A stretch of DNA of 64,000 nt from the NCBI RefSeq assembly GCF_009914755.1, contig NC_060940.1. One strand, written 5' to 3'. This document shows, piece after piece, positions 46,004 to 62,202 of the stretch; the stretch's first letter is position 1; the number at the start of each line of letters is the position of its first letter. The stretch is from the human T2T-CHM13v2.0 reference genome, Homo sapiens. Below the pieces are notes generated by a model. The model did not search any database and was not told the origin of the DNA. It saw only the letters and a list, made by a program, of their open reading frames with translations. The position numbers and the translations under genes were made by a program.

Positions 46004-46396
46004 TGATATGGTTTGGATCTGTGTCCCCAACCAAATCTCATGTTGAATGGTAACCCACAGTGTTGGAGGTGGGACCTGGTGGGAGGTGACTGGATCATGG
46101 GGGTGGATCCTTCATGAATGGTTTAGCACCATTCCTTTGATGCTGTTCTCTAGAGATCTGCGTGTTTAAAAGTGTGTGGCACCTCCCCTGTCTTGCTCTT
46201 GTTCCGGCCCTGTAAGACATACCTACATCCCCCTTTACCTTCCACCACAATTGTAAGTTTCCTGGGGCCTCCTCAGAAGCAGAAGCCTTGATGTTTCCTG
46301 TACAGCTCACAGAACTGAGAGCCAATTAAAACTCCTTTCTTTATAAATTATCCACTCAGGTATTTCTTTATAGCAATGGGAGAATGAACCAATACA
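46004..46396 (+). mobile_element. MST (MaLR) solo LTR inserted in a MIR
   Basis: tgatatggtttggatctgtgtcccc...aataca; TSD agact/agacc. Confidence 0.88.
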
Positions 46397-46578
46397 AGAC
46401 CTTACCTCATTTACTCCTCACAGCAGACCTTTGAGGGAGGCATTCTGACTATTCCCATTTTACAGATAAGGAAATAAAGACTCTGAGTAGTTACCTGACC
46501 TGGTCAGCTAATATGCTGCAGAACTGGGATTCAACCCTCCATCTGTCAGACACTAAAATGGGGACTTTTAACCCCTGA

Positions 46579-46905
<327 letters not shown>

Positions 46906-47949
46906 ATTTGAGCAACCTTTCAGAGGGTTTCAGCACAGATCAATATTTCACAGATCCTCCTCCCTTCTCAAGCAGTATTTCTCAACAGGGACTACTGTCA
47001 CTTGGGAAGAGACAATTCTTTGAGTGGTATTATCCCATGATTACAGGGCATTTGAAATCCCTAGTCCCCATAACAGCCTCTCCTCACTTGCATTTCCCAG
47101 TGCCCCCTAGGGGACCAGCATGGTTTGAGAACCACTCATCTCCCTGGGAGGCAGAAGGCTTCCTGCCAAGATGGCCTCCCACTTTTTGGCAAACACAGGT
47201 AGCCACTCTGGAAAGGCTACATAGCAGAGTGGAAAGAAGTTTCGTTTTGAAATCGGACAGATCTGCATTCAAACCATGGCTCTTCCCCCATTAACTCTGG
47301 GAGGTCGGGCAAGCTATATAACCTCTCAAAGATTCTAGCTCATCATCAGTAAAATAGGGATACATATTGACCCTCCTTCATAGGGAGGAACTGATGGATG
47401 GAATTATGCTCAGAGAAGTGCCTAGTACAGAGCAGTAGCTCTGAACCTGGGGCATTATGTCTTTCCCCTGTCTCCTATGTGCTCTTTCCAAACTCCTGAT
47501 CCATAGAATCCAAGAGCATAACAAGTGATGGTGTTTTACGCCACTAAGTTTGGGGGGGTTTGCTACCCAGCAGAAGTAACTGGAACGAATGTCTATGATA
47601 TGCCAGGCAGGCACCATTCTGGGAGTGAAAAATAGACTCATGCACACGCCACAAGAGCTTTTGCTTATGAGAAGCAGCCTCTCCTGAGAAAGAAGACAGA
47701 TAATAAACACATAAATATCTCCAGGACCAGTATGTGGTATGCAGAAAATGAAATGGTGGCCATCATTATTGTTGCCTTAAATAATGATTTGCAAATGACT
47801 ACATTTTCTCTTCTCCTCTTTCCAACCTCATTTCCCTCTATGCTCCTCCAATCACCCTTTCTGTGAAGCCAAAATGTTGTTTAATCTCACGAAACCTCTG
47901 CTTCTGTTTCTCGATGCTGAGGTATCCTTTCCTTTTCCAAAGACAGGAT

Positions 47950-48621
<672 letters not shown>

Positions 48622-50976
48622 AACTCAAGGAGGCCAGGGATGTGCCCCTTAGACTACAATTGACAGGTTGAGTGAGGAGTTAACTAGGTAAGAGAAGAGG
48701 GAAAAGTGTCCCTAAGTGGAGGGAACAGCATATGCAAAGGGCCTGTCACGAATGATAGTATGGTAAGGAGAAGACATACAGGAAGGCCAGTGTGGCTGGA
48801 ACTGAGGCCAAGAGGAAGTGCAGAAGATGAGGATGGGCCGACAGCAGAGGCATCACACAGGGTCTTGGGTACCACCTTAAGGACTGCAATTGAAGAGAGT
48901 AACAAGCCCTTTCATCAGGCTTGTTATCCATGGTTGAGGAGTGGGTGGCAGGCAGGACACATTTTGAAATTCCCAGATGGGGTGGTGTGGGATGCCTTGC
49001 TTCATGGGGTGGAAAGACAGGCAGGGGCCCCCATATCCTGCACTCTGTGCTTCGTGTGTCCAGAAAGCCTGCTCTATCTGTACTCCCTGCCCTCTTGACC
49101 CAGAGGCTGCTGTGTGCAAGTTCTCCTACGAGCCTTCCTGTCGCTTGACATTTTCATCTCTGCCCTCGTTTCTCCTCTCTTGAAGGGACTCGCAGGCTCA
49201 ATAAATACTGCCATGGAAAAACGCAGCGACTCATCTATTTTTATTACAAATGGAGCCTCTCGAGGAGGGAACAACTCTTATTTACTTCTCAGAGGGAGGG
49301 TTTTGACAACAGGTTTATTTTCTCCAACTCTCCAAGGATTAAGTGAGTAACACTCTAAAGTTAACAGTACATTAATTAATGCCAAATTGGTTGGAATTTT
49401 CCTAATAAAAATCCTCATAGTAATCACATTATGGGCCATTAACGCTGCCTCCTGATCATAAACCATAAATATGTTCTGCAGGTGCCTTCTTTTAAAAAAG
49501 GGACATTTCTCCAAATCGTTTCCCATTTGTCACATTAATGCTGTCACGTCACATAATGCAGACAGGAATAATTATAAAAGCTCATGTGGGTAGGATTTAC
49601 TTTGCGCTGGTCACTCGGCCAAGCCCTGTACACATATCATCTCATTGAGTTCTTGCAGCAAACCTATGAGGTCCTGCTATCATTCTCATTTTACACATGG
49701 GGAAACTGAGGCAGACAGAAAGAGTGTAATCTGCCCATGATCAAATGCTAGCAAGTAATGGAGCTAGGATGTGAGTCCAAGCAAACTGATTCCAGGATAC
49801 TCTGTCATCCTGCCTCTTGAAATATAAGGACTACATCTCTAAGCACAGTGGTCCTCTTCGTCAAGCCTACTGCTAATGAAATCTCCGGTTGATCACAACA
49901 GCAACGAGCAGCAATAGTCAACACAACATTTGGTTTTGCTCCTAGAGGGCAGGGATGGTGTTTCATTTACTTGGCCTAGGAGAGTGTCTGGTGACAATGC
50001 CAGGAGCACTTGGAACATACAGTAAATTCCTGTTGAATAAATGGACATAGAAACACACATGCAACAGGGTTCACAACAGTGGGTAACAACGAGCACCTCA
50101 AATGCACTGGGATCTCAATAGATCCCTCTCCCTGCAATGATGTGAGCTGGGCTCAGCCTCAGGCCGGGGCTCTGATACACAGACAAGGAGACCACACCAC
50201 TTGGGGAGCTGCAGTTCCTGGGAGAAAACCAAGGAGGACCTCGTTTCGAACTCTGTTCTAGCTTCACTTCTTAGGTGCTTCTGATTGTTTCTTGGATTTC
50301 TCTGTCTACAAAGATAATACTTACTGTAGAAAATTCAAGCATACAGAACAATATGAAGTAAAAAAAAACCCAGATATTAGTGCCAAAATATCACCATTGT
50401 TAACAAACGTTCAGTGAACATTTTGCAAATAGTTTTATGCACTCACGTTATATATAATCATGTATGTTCTGCTTTGTCATATGCATTCTGTTTTCAGTAA
50501 TGTACTCCTGACATCTTTTCACTGTCAGTGAATACAGGCATTCTCTCTTTCCTTCCTCCCACCCTCCTCCTTCCCTTCTCAAATGTTCACAGAGCAGCTA
50601 CGCTGCCAGGCACTGAGAATGCCCAAATGAACAAAACCAGTGTTGAATCTGTATTCAAGGAGCTGACAGTCCAGTGGATGTTGGATGGAGAAAACAGATC
50701 AACGTATTTTACAAAAGGTGTTGGATGCAATGAATGAAAAGTACGGGCGGCCAGGGGAGGAGAGAGATGGGGCCAGGTGATCTGATGCAAACCAGGTCTA
50801 TAGACCTTTCCAAAGAAGCCACGGTGAAGCTGAGCTGTGAAACATAAAGAGTGAGCCAGGTGAAAGGATGTCACTTTGGAAGGAAGGAAGACCATGTGTC
50901 AAGGTCTCAAGGCAGGGAGGGTCTTATTTTGAATAATAATAATAATAAAAAAAAAAAAAGACAAAAAACGTTGGGG

Positions 50977-51389
<413 letters not shown>

Positions 51390-51988
51390 TTAAGACTTCT
51401 GTAGGGTAATGACAAGAACTTACTGAGTAAGTAATTCAGGGCCACTGGGTATTTTTTCTTAGATGCCTCCAAAGATGGAAGGCTCAGTGCCTTACATAGC
51501 AGGGCTTGTGCTCAGCAGTGATTGTGAGCTATCGCTTCCAAAATGTGCCTGCTCGAAGCTTTCATCCATAGGTCCTAATTTGGTCTTCAAAGATAGTGCT
51601 GCTGCTTCTCTGGCAAACCAACCTCTCAAATATGTGGAAATTGTTATTTTGCTATTACTCCGGCCCCCATCTCCCTCCAAATCTAAGCCACCTGCATATT
51701 CCAAGCTCATTCAATTTCTCTCCTACAACATGTAAGGTCTCTTTGTCATGTTTCTTCCTGGGAGTGACTAGAAGATCCTCCACGGGCACAGCCTGAGATC
51801 ACTGTAAAAACTTTGAAATACCTCCCAAGCATGTGCCAGCACAAAGTCATTTGTTCATTTGATGAATAATTATAAATGCCTGTGAGTGTGCTATACCCTG
51901 GGGCAGTGGCAGGGGGCAGGGTGTGAGGTGGAGGGGGAAGACAGCAGTGGACAGGATGGACTTATCACTTATTTGAGAAATAATTATC

Positions 51989-52306
51989 GGCAGGGCATGG
52001 TGGCTCATGCCTGTAATCCCAGCACTTTTGGAGGCCAAGGTGGGTGGATCACCTGAGGTCAAGAGTTCAAGACCATCCTGGCCAACATGGTAAAACCCTG
52101 TATCTACTAAAAATACAAAAATTAGCTGGGCGTGGTGGCACATGCCTATAATCCCAGCTACTGAGGAGGCTGAGGCACAAGAATTGCTTGAACCAGGAGG
52201 TGGAGGCTGCAGTGTGCTGAGGTCGTGCCACTGTGCTCCAGCCTGGGCGACTAAGCAAGACTTTGTCTCAAAAAAAAAAAAAAAAAAAAAGAAAAAGAAA
52301 AAAAAA
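51989..52306 (+). mobile_element. AluS
   Basis: TSD gagaaataattatc. Confidence 0.94.
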
Positions 52307-52629
52307 GAGAAATAATTATCAAATGCCTGCTACTGGGTGACACACTGCAGGGCTGCACACTGGACCAGATGGACATGATAGGCGAATCTCTAAATAAATG
52401 TGAAATGAATGAACGCTACATCTTGTCTTTTACCATTACAGCATCATTGAGGGGATAACCATTATGCTGTCTTGGTGCTTGTATTAATCGAGTCAAGTTC
52501 CCTAACATTGGTTTGAGAGCTCCAGGCAGGTCACTCTTCGACCTACCTGGAAGACCAGAGAGACCCTGATTTCTCAACGATGGCTTGGAAACTTCATTTA
52601 AGCCAGGGGGCTCCTGAGAATACTTTTCT

Positions 52630-52941
<312 letters not shown>

Positions 52942-53429
52942 CTAAATAAGAACCTCTCTGAATGAACTGACAGAGGAAGCTCATTTTAAACATGAGCTGG
53001 CCCCTAGACCAGAGAACTGCAGGGGAAAGTGGGTGGGTCCTAGGATTTTTTGACAGGATGCAGTTAAGATAAGCCTTTAAGGAGACAGAACGTGTGCTAC
53101 CACAGCTTGGGAAGGCCACTGACAGTGAAAACAATTTAAATTAAATTAAATTTAGTCAGCTCCAAAAGGAAACACATGTAATGTTAATTTCATGGGTGTA
53201 CCAATGTGTAAACCTAACAGATGATACTTAAATGAGAAAGGCAGAGAAATGACATTTGGTTAAACAATGCATCAGTGGGTAGGATTTGTTGAAACTGCCA
53301 TTTAAAAAAAAAATATGAGCACAATTGAAATCTGAGCAAGCTGTCACCCAGGCCAGGCCACCTAGGCGTTCTCATATAACACACTTGAGAGAAGCAGTGG
53401 GTAGCCGGGATTGGAGGCAGTCTGGATAA

Positions 53430-53807
<378 letters not shown>

Positions 53808-54567
53808 TAAAATCATTTGCTTGTCTCTCCAACTATGACTGAGATCTCACCCTGGGCAGAAAGTGCGCCTTTGCTTGTTTATGTCCTTTTCTTAAAAGCA
53901 ACAGATTGTGTAGTATTGGAGGTACATGAAAATGTGGAAAGATTGGCTTTCTGTTTTATCTCTGTCCCTTGGCACAAAATAGGCACTAGGGCAATAAATG
54001 CAGAATGAGTGAGTGATCCAGACACTCCTTGGCCATGTTTTCCACCCTTACGGCTTCATGGTGGCAACAACATTTCCTTGCCTCTTGTTAATAATCATCA
54101 CCTCCTAACATATTGTTTGGGGTCCTCGTCCCTCTCCGGCAGCCATCACTCCTTTTCAATATTCACAGAACCATGTCCTATAGTCAATAAAGCTACGGGA
54201 AGCTGACTGATTGGCAAAAAACAGGTCTCTACTAAAAATGCTAACCCCAGAAACAATGCATACACACTGACCCTGCCAGAAATATATTGACAAAAGCCAG
54301 CATTTTTTTAAGCACTTACTATATGCCGGGCATGGTATCAAGAGTGTTTTCGGTTGGTTGGTTGGTTGGTGGCAATTTTTCCAGTTCATCGTCTCAAAAC
54401 ACTGAGACAGATGCCATCATTATCCCACTTTTGCCAAGGAAGAACAGGTTGAGACTCAAGAGGTTATATAGCATAACCAAGATCACACAGCTAGTGGCCA
54501 AGCTGGGATCTGAACCCAGACTAACCTGCTTCCAAAGCCATTACTCCAACCTGCCTTAAATGTATTA

Positions 54568-54795
<228 letters not shown>

Positions 54796-55225
54796 TTACA
54801 TAGAGCACTAAAATCCAGTATGAGCCAGGGCAATGCTGGGCTCAACACATGGATCCCAAAATCGCAGTGGCTTGAACCCAACAAAGGCTTATTTCCTGCT
54901 CCTATGCAGCTTGAGCAGCTCTCCTACAGGGCCGTCCTCCAAGAGGTGACTTGAGGATCCAAATTGCTTCAACTACACAATCCCACTCCTTAGCACCCTT
55001 CTCTTGCAGTGCACAGAGAGGACAGCGATTGGCATGACAAATTCACAGCCCGTCAACTGGCTTGGCCAAGAAGTAACCATCATTTCCACTCACGTTCCTC
55101 TGAGGGAGACTGAATCCTAGGACCCGACCCAGATACCTGGGAGTTAGTAATGGAGAGAAGAACATGGGTCCTAGAGGAACATTTATATTTTATGTCACAG
55201 AAACATACTAAGTTATGCCCTAAGC

Positions 55226-55437
55226 CAGCACTTCTTGACCAGGGACAATTTTGTCTCCCTGAGGACATCTAGCAATGTCTGGAGACATTTTTATTTGTCA
55301 CAACTGGAAGAAAGAATGCTACTGGCACCTAGGAGGTAGAAGCCAGGGATACCGCTAAACGTCCCACCATGTACGGGACGGCCCCCACAGAAGGGATTAT
55401 CTGGTTCAAAATGTCAAATGCCAAGGTTGAGAAACTG
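55226..55437 (+). mobile_element. MER20
   Basis: gcaatgtctggagacatttttatttgtcacaactgg...gccaaggttgagaaac. Confidence 0.85.
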
Positions 55438-55496
55438 CTTGAAACCCGTGATCCTGAAAAAGATTGTCTGAGGAGCTTATTAAAATGCAGAATCTA

Positions 55497-55800
<304 letters not shown>

Positions 55801-56419
55801 GAATCCTGCATTCCTCCCTCCAGATCACCACCCTGGCAGTATTTCAGTATTTTCAGGGGCCCTCTGGCAACTGTGACGGCCGCTCTTCGTGAACCACACT
55901 CAGGGAAACCTCACAGGAAAGAGGAATCAAGAACACCAAGCGGGGGCTGGGACTAGGCGCTGATGAACTCACACAGAGACACCCCTCAAATGCTTCAGGG
56001 TCAGTGTGAGGCAACTGCGCCAGGAAAAAAAAAAAAAAAAGAAAGGCTGACATTTGTTAAGTGCCTCTCTCTGTCTCTTTCGTGCAAGCCTTGAATTGCA
56101 GGGAACATATTCTAAGACTAACCTGTCAGCCAGTAACAACTAAATTACTAACCTTGCCTCCCGCTGTGCCCCGTATCCCTGTCAGATGCACAGTCGCACT
56201 CACAGAGGAATGCTTCCTGGAGATGTGTTCCCAGCATTGGGGAAGCTGACCCTTTTGCAGGAACAGAGCCACGTGGTCACATGTATTTCACAGGGGCCAG
56301 GGGGCTGGAAATAACCCAAAGGAAAGGGAAGCAACTCTGGGCAGAGCAGTAGGGCAATCAGAGTGGTTGAGGCTCTTGGTCAAAACCACGTCTGCTTTAT
56401 TCATGGCACTCACTACAAC

Positions 56420-56972
56420 CTACTTCACATCGTTTGCAGTCAGGTCTTGCCAAGAGGCTGTGCTTTAGCCAATAAAATAGAAATGTGATGCACACAACTT
56501 CTAGGCTTACCCATGGACACCTGTGCATGCTTCTCTGTGCTATTTCCCTCTTCACTGTCTGGGTGCAGAAGAGCACGGTGACCTTGGATGCTGTGTGTTG
56601 AAGATAGTGGAGATAGTGGAGTCAGATGGAAAGGGCCTGGATCCCTGAATTACAACATGGAGGGGAGTCAATCAGGAACATCTATTTTGGATGGCAGAGG
56701 ATGAAGACATCAACCATCTTCATGTTAGAGACATTATACACTGGTGGCTGTGTTCCAATAAAATTTGACTTACAAAACAGGTGGTGGGCTGGATTCAGCC
56801 CACTGGCTACAGTTTACCCATCTCTGGTTGAAGAGAAGCTCTATCTACCAAATAAAGTACTAGTCTTCCAGAAAGAGTTATCTGATTAGACAGTTTGCCC
56901 TGTGTGACCTCAACGCAAACAAACATTGCTACGTTTGATTGTTATAGCAGCTGATGTTCCCTAACTAATATA
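56420..56972 (+). mobile_element. Old MLT1-like LTR, interrupted by duplication C copy 1
   Basis: gccaataaaatag...atggaaagggcctggatccctgaattac...ttgttatagcagc...ctaactaata. Confidence 0.55.
56744..56911 (+). repeat. Dispersed direct duplication C, copy 1 (pairs with 57952-58119)
   Basis: 168-bp ungapped match, about 82% identity by hand count. Confidence 0.9.
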
Positions 56973-57819
56973 GTGATTCTATACCTGGTTACTGAAGGCA
57001 GAAAGGCTTGGGTTCAAATTCTAGGACCAGACCTCGCTAGCTCTGTTATCTAGAGAAGCTACCAGAACCTTTGAGCTTCAATTTCCCAAAGTGGAAAATG
57101 GAAAGGAAATACTGAAGAAGGTAACCTGACATATTTTAATTGAAGGCTGTGGTATATTGGTCATCTAGGAGCTGTTGTACAGATGTTCTGATTGTTGACC
57201 ACATTCTATCAGCGACAAGACGGACAGGAGGAAAAGCAAGGCATTGAGATGGGTGAAGGTGAACCATTTACAAAGCCTAAACTTTCCATACATTTCTTAC
57301 ATGAACAAATGAATGACCCAACGAACACTTTTAGCAGCATCTGCCTTCTATGAAGACCAGGCACGTGCATGCCTAATCACCCTTTGGGGGCAAGAGCCAT
57401 CTGTGATTTGGCTTGTTTTCTTTCACAGTCTTATTTCGCAGTCTTATCAGTGTATCTGTGCAAAAGATTACTCAGTGTACGTGCACTTGTTAGCAGATGC
57501 AGGGAAGCTATCACAATTTAGAAAGCACGTGCTTTATACTTTCAAGTCAGGCTTCCCTCTGCGTCCTGGCTCTGTCACTTATTTGATCTGTGGTCTTGGG
57601 CAAATGGCTTCATGAACTCTTGAAGCCTCCTCAGCTTCCAAATCTGCAAAAGGGGTATGCCAGAGACAGCTAACCATCCATCAACATCCATTTTCCCCTC
57701 TGTTATACACAATTACAAATGAGAATGTGACACTTATCAACATTTCTTCAACACTTCTCAGCCTCTCTTGTAGCGAGGTGCATGAGGCTCTCCCTAGATT
57801 TTAAGACAGGAATCTTAAA

Positions 57820-58034
57820 TATTTTATTTTCTATAAGAGGACAGACAGTAAACACTTTGGGCTTTGTGGGCCATATGGTTCTCTGTTGCAACTTCTCAAC
57901 TCTGCCACTGTAGAGAGAAGGCAGCCACAGACAAGACCAAAACAAATGAGTGTGGCTGTGTTCCAATAAAACTTAACTTACGCAACAGGTGGTGGGCCGG
58001 ATTTGGCTTGTGGGCTATCATTTGCCAGTCCCTG
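57820..58034 (+). mobile_element. MER58A
   Basis: gggctttgtgggccatatggttctctgttgcaac...gtggctgtgttccaataaaactt...gccagtccctg. Confidence 0.85.
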
Positions 58035-58119
58035 GTTTAACAGATGCTCAGCCTACCAAATATAGTATTAGTCTTCCAGGAAGAGTCATCTGATTAGACA
58101 TTTTGTCCTGTGTGACCTC
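57952..58119 (+). repeat. Dispersed direct duplication C, copy 2 (probable donor)
   Basis: Spans the 3' part of a MER58A plus about 85 bp of its flank. Confidence 0.9.
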
Positions 58120-58135
58120 GTAAGCCACCAATTCT

Positions 58136-58141
<6 letters not shown>

Positions 58142-58167
<26 letters not shown>

Positions 58168-58179
58168 TCTCTCTCTCTC
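58142..58179. repeat. (CA)n(CT)n compound microsatellite
   Basis: Seen directly. Confidence 0.95.
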
Positions 58180-58299
58180 TATTTATAATTGGTCTGTGTC
58201 TCTGAAATTCTCATCATGTTCTGAAACGTCAACTGTTTCCTGATCTTTAATCCCAGTCTCCATGGGCCATGTCCCTCTCCCTTTCCTCCTCCTTTTTAG

Positions 58300-58430
58300 G
58301 ACCAACTCCATAATTTGCAGGGCTCACTACAGATGAAAATGCAAGGCCCCTTGTTCAAAAAATATTAAGAGTGTCAAGACGGTGAAAGCAAAGCATAAAA
58401 TCTAACATGGGGCTTTCTGAGCATGAGCTC
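58300..58430. mobile_element. MER91A-like fragment
   Basis: ataatttgcaggg...gccccttgttcaaaaaatattaagag. Confidence 0.55.
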
Positions 58431-59339
58431 AGGTTACAAAGTCCACCAAGCAGACCCTGCTGGTCTGGCTTGTATTACCATCAGCAAACCCAGAAAGTTT
58501 TCTGCCTAATTTCTTGACAAGTCCAGAAACTTGCCACCTGCGAGCTGCTTGAAGCGTTTCAGGAATGGTTTTGCACATCACAAGAAGAAGGAGGAAAAAA
58601 AAAAAACCCAATTTTCTTTTAGTATATTACTTGTTAGACAGCGAAATGGAATATAATTATGGTGTGACATTTCCAACAGCAAATATGTTCCAGTGTAAGC
58701 AATTAACACCGGTTCTTTTGGCAGGCTTAAAAAGATTACTCAGAGACTGTGGTAAGTTACAATGCCCCATGAATCATAAATAATGTAGAATCGCAGCTAA
58801 GTTGCATTCTACGACCAAAGTTCAAATTTCTTGATGAAAATAAATTGGGTGCTTTTAACCCTCTGTTGACTTCATGTGGCTTAAGCAGATTCGGATCATA
58901 AGTTCTTTGGATTTTTGTAAATTACATATTTACCTTACCCCTAAGAACATCTGCAAAAAATTATAAAAAAAAATCTGCATGTATTCATTTCAGCTGCTGG
59001 AAATTTGCATGAGGTAGTGGGTTTGAAGGGGACCCCTCCAGGATGGACAGAATGGGGGAGACGGCTTACACTGAGAACTATTATCCTTGGAGGCTGTTAT
59101 GGTTAAATGATGAAGTCCCAAGATTTAGTAGAAGGCATATCTGGACCTATGTCCCTATTCTCTCTGCCATTCTTGACACAACCAAAGGGAAGGCAGCACC
59201 TTCTGAATGTATTTGTGCAGCTTGTGACTCTGAGCAACTGAAACCAATGAAACACCAGCAGCAGTTACAGAGCCACATACCGTAGGGACATTCAAGGCCA
59301 CCGTTACATTCAAAGCCTCAGGGCCGTAGTACCCTTGTA

Positions 59340-59815
59340 CTATAGCACTACTAGCACTATGGGCTGGATAACTCTCTATTGGAGGTGACAGCAAGCTGTC
59401 CTGTGCATTGTGCAGTGCCCAGGAGCATCTCTGGACTCGATCCACTAAATGCCAGGAGCATCCTTTCTTTAGTTGTGACCATTAAAAATGTTTCCAGCAG
59501 GCACAGTGGCTCACACCTGTAATCCCAGCACTTTGGGAGGCTGAGGCGGGCAGATCACCTGAGGTCAGGTGTTTGAGACAAGCCTGGCCAACGTGGCGAA
59601 ACCCTGTCTCTACTAAAATACAAAAATTAGCCAGGTGTGGTGGTGGTGGTAGTGCCAGCTACTCAGGAGGCTGAGGTGGGAGGATGGCTTGAGCCCAGGA
59701 GGCAGAGATTGCAGTGAGCCGAGATCACACCACTGTACTCCAGCCTGGATGACAGAGTGAAACCCTGTCTCAAAAAATAAAAACGAAGTTTCCAGATATT
59801 GCCAAATGTCCCTGG
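59340..59815 (-). mobile_element. MER20 interrupted by an Alu
   Basis: gctgtcctgtgcattgt...ccactaaatgccagg...tccagatattgccaaatgtccctgg. Confidence 0.75.
59498..59782 (+). mobile_element. Alu
   Basis: Dimeric Alu; flanked by gtttccag. Confidence 0.9.
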
Positions 59816-61567
59816 AAAAAAAAATACTACTTTAGATAGACCTGGGTCCATCACTGTGTGGCCTTGAGCAAATGACTTCATTGCTTTGAGCCTCAGTTTC
59901 CACATGTGCAAAAAAACTCCCATGCCTACCTTACAGAGAGATTGTGAGGCTGGGATACAATGATGCAGATAGAGCGCTTAGCCTGGTGTCTGGCATAAAG
60001 CAAGCATTCAGTAAGACAGATGCTATTTATTCCATCACCCATTTGATTGTTTACAAACAGCTCCTGAGCACAGTGGAGCCATGGCAGGTACCAGGGGTGT
60101 GAAGACGCATAAGCCTTATCTCTGTCTCAGACATGCTAACCAACAACGTCAGTGCAAGGGGGTGCTCCCTAAAATGAACACCTGGTCATGGGGCAATGGG
60201 GGCTTGGAGAAAAATACCTAAATCTCGAGACTTCATGGACAGGATGGCACCTGAGTAAAGTAAAAGTTTTCCAGGCAGACACACTTGGGGAAGGGCATTC
60301 CACACAGAGGCAACTGCATGTGCAAAGGTATGGTGGTATGAGTCACTCAGAACTCCCCTGAGCTCAGGACGGCTGGGAGGTGAATTCTACAATGCAGGTA
60401 AGGGAGGAGGAGCAGCAGGAACAAGGCTGGCAGGCAGAGGGCAGATGAGGAAGGATCCTGAGATGTCAAATAGTTCTCATCTCTCTTGTCAACCCAATGA
60501 ACTCATAGCAAAGCTGAGTCCAAATCCTGCCTTGCAGGACGCAATGCAGTGATTGATTAGCAATGTCTGCTTTGGCCCAGGAAGGTAGAAGAGGCTCAAG
60601 CTGCAATGTATTTCCTTGTTTGATGAGGGTTTTCATCAGGGGAGTGATGTGAGGAGAAGCACATTTTTTAAAGCTCACTCTGGAAGCCATGTTTTTTTGT
60701 TTTTGTTTTTGAAGAGAAGACAGAGGCAGAAATGGAGCAGGAGAAAGAGTTGGGAAGTGACTGTAATACTACCAGACAGAGACAATACATGCCTAAAGGG
60801 CAGAGCAGGAGGCTGGGGAGGAGGAGACAGATACAAGGTATTTAGGACCTAGAAATGATAGCGACTTTGTGGATTTAAGGGAGTAGAAATAACAGAGACT
60901 CTTGGATTTTTGGTTTGGGCAACTTGGGGAATAACAGGGTTATTCACCTAGGAAAAAAGTTCAGGAGATTTTGGAGGCAGAAGGATGGTAGGTTATTTTT
61001 CAGACCCTTAGCTCGTGGAACCCCAAGGTAGAAATGTCCATTGACTGTTGTAGGTTTGGATCAGGAACCCAGACCAGTGATGAGGAATAGAGTCATTGCT
61101 TAGATATGGCGGCTGTCTTCACTGGCCAATAAGTGAGCTACAGTGACCCTGCTTCTCCAGCCCCTGGGGAAGCCCAACTGTAAATGAGAAAGACAGCTCC
61201 TTCCAGTGGGATTCTTTCCTAATCTAAAGGCATTCCCGATTGACAGGATTAGTGAAGGACGACAGAAGAAAGTCATTACTGAATAATCCCCTGCACATTT
61301 CATAGTCAACACAGCATTCATATGATCCTTGTAATCCAATTAGGTGATGCAGGAAGCTATATCTTAATTCCTGACTTCATTGTGACTTGCCTGGTCACAG
61401 GCAAACCTTGTTTAATAAGGTGTCACCTAAACACTGAGTGGTGCATACAAAATGGGCACAGAACGGTGATGGGGTTGGGGGCTGAGGGGAGGAGGTGACT
61501 GCTGTTGAGAATATGTCCTGTCTCAAGCAGCCAATAGGGGACTTAGAAGCTCCATGTCCTCATCAGC

Positions 61568-61660
61568 GAGGCTTGTGATTGGAGGAGGCTTGTGATTGGA
61601 GGAGGCTTCTGATCGGTGGAGGCTTGTGATTGGAGAAGGCTTCTGATTGGAGGCAGCTTC
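61568..61660. repeat. 17-bp tandem repeat, about 5.5 copies
   Basis: Unit gaggcttgtgattggag. Confidence 0.92.
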
Positions 61661-61878
61661 ATCTCCCCTTCTCTCCATCCATTTTGCTCCTCCGGACCTG
61701 TGTGTGACAACTGTCTGTCTGGTGGCTGGAACTCATCTGACAATAGGAACAACAATCATTTTTACATGATTGCTACTTACTGAGGGCCCACTTCATACCT
61801 GGCATTTTACACACCTGGCCCAAAACACCCTTGGGCAGAGTAGATTGTATCCTCATTCTAAGGATGAGAAAACTGTGA

Positions 61879-62202
<324 letters not shown>

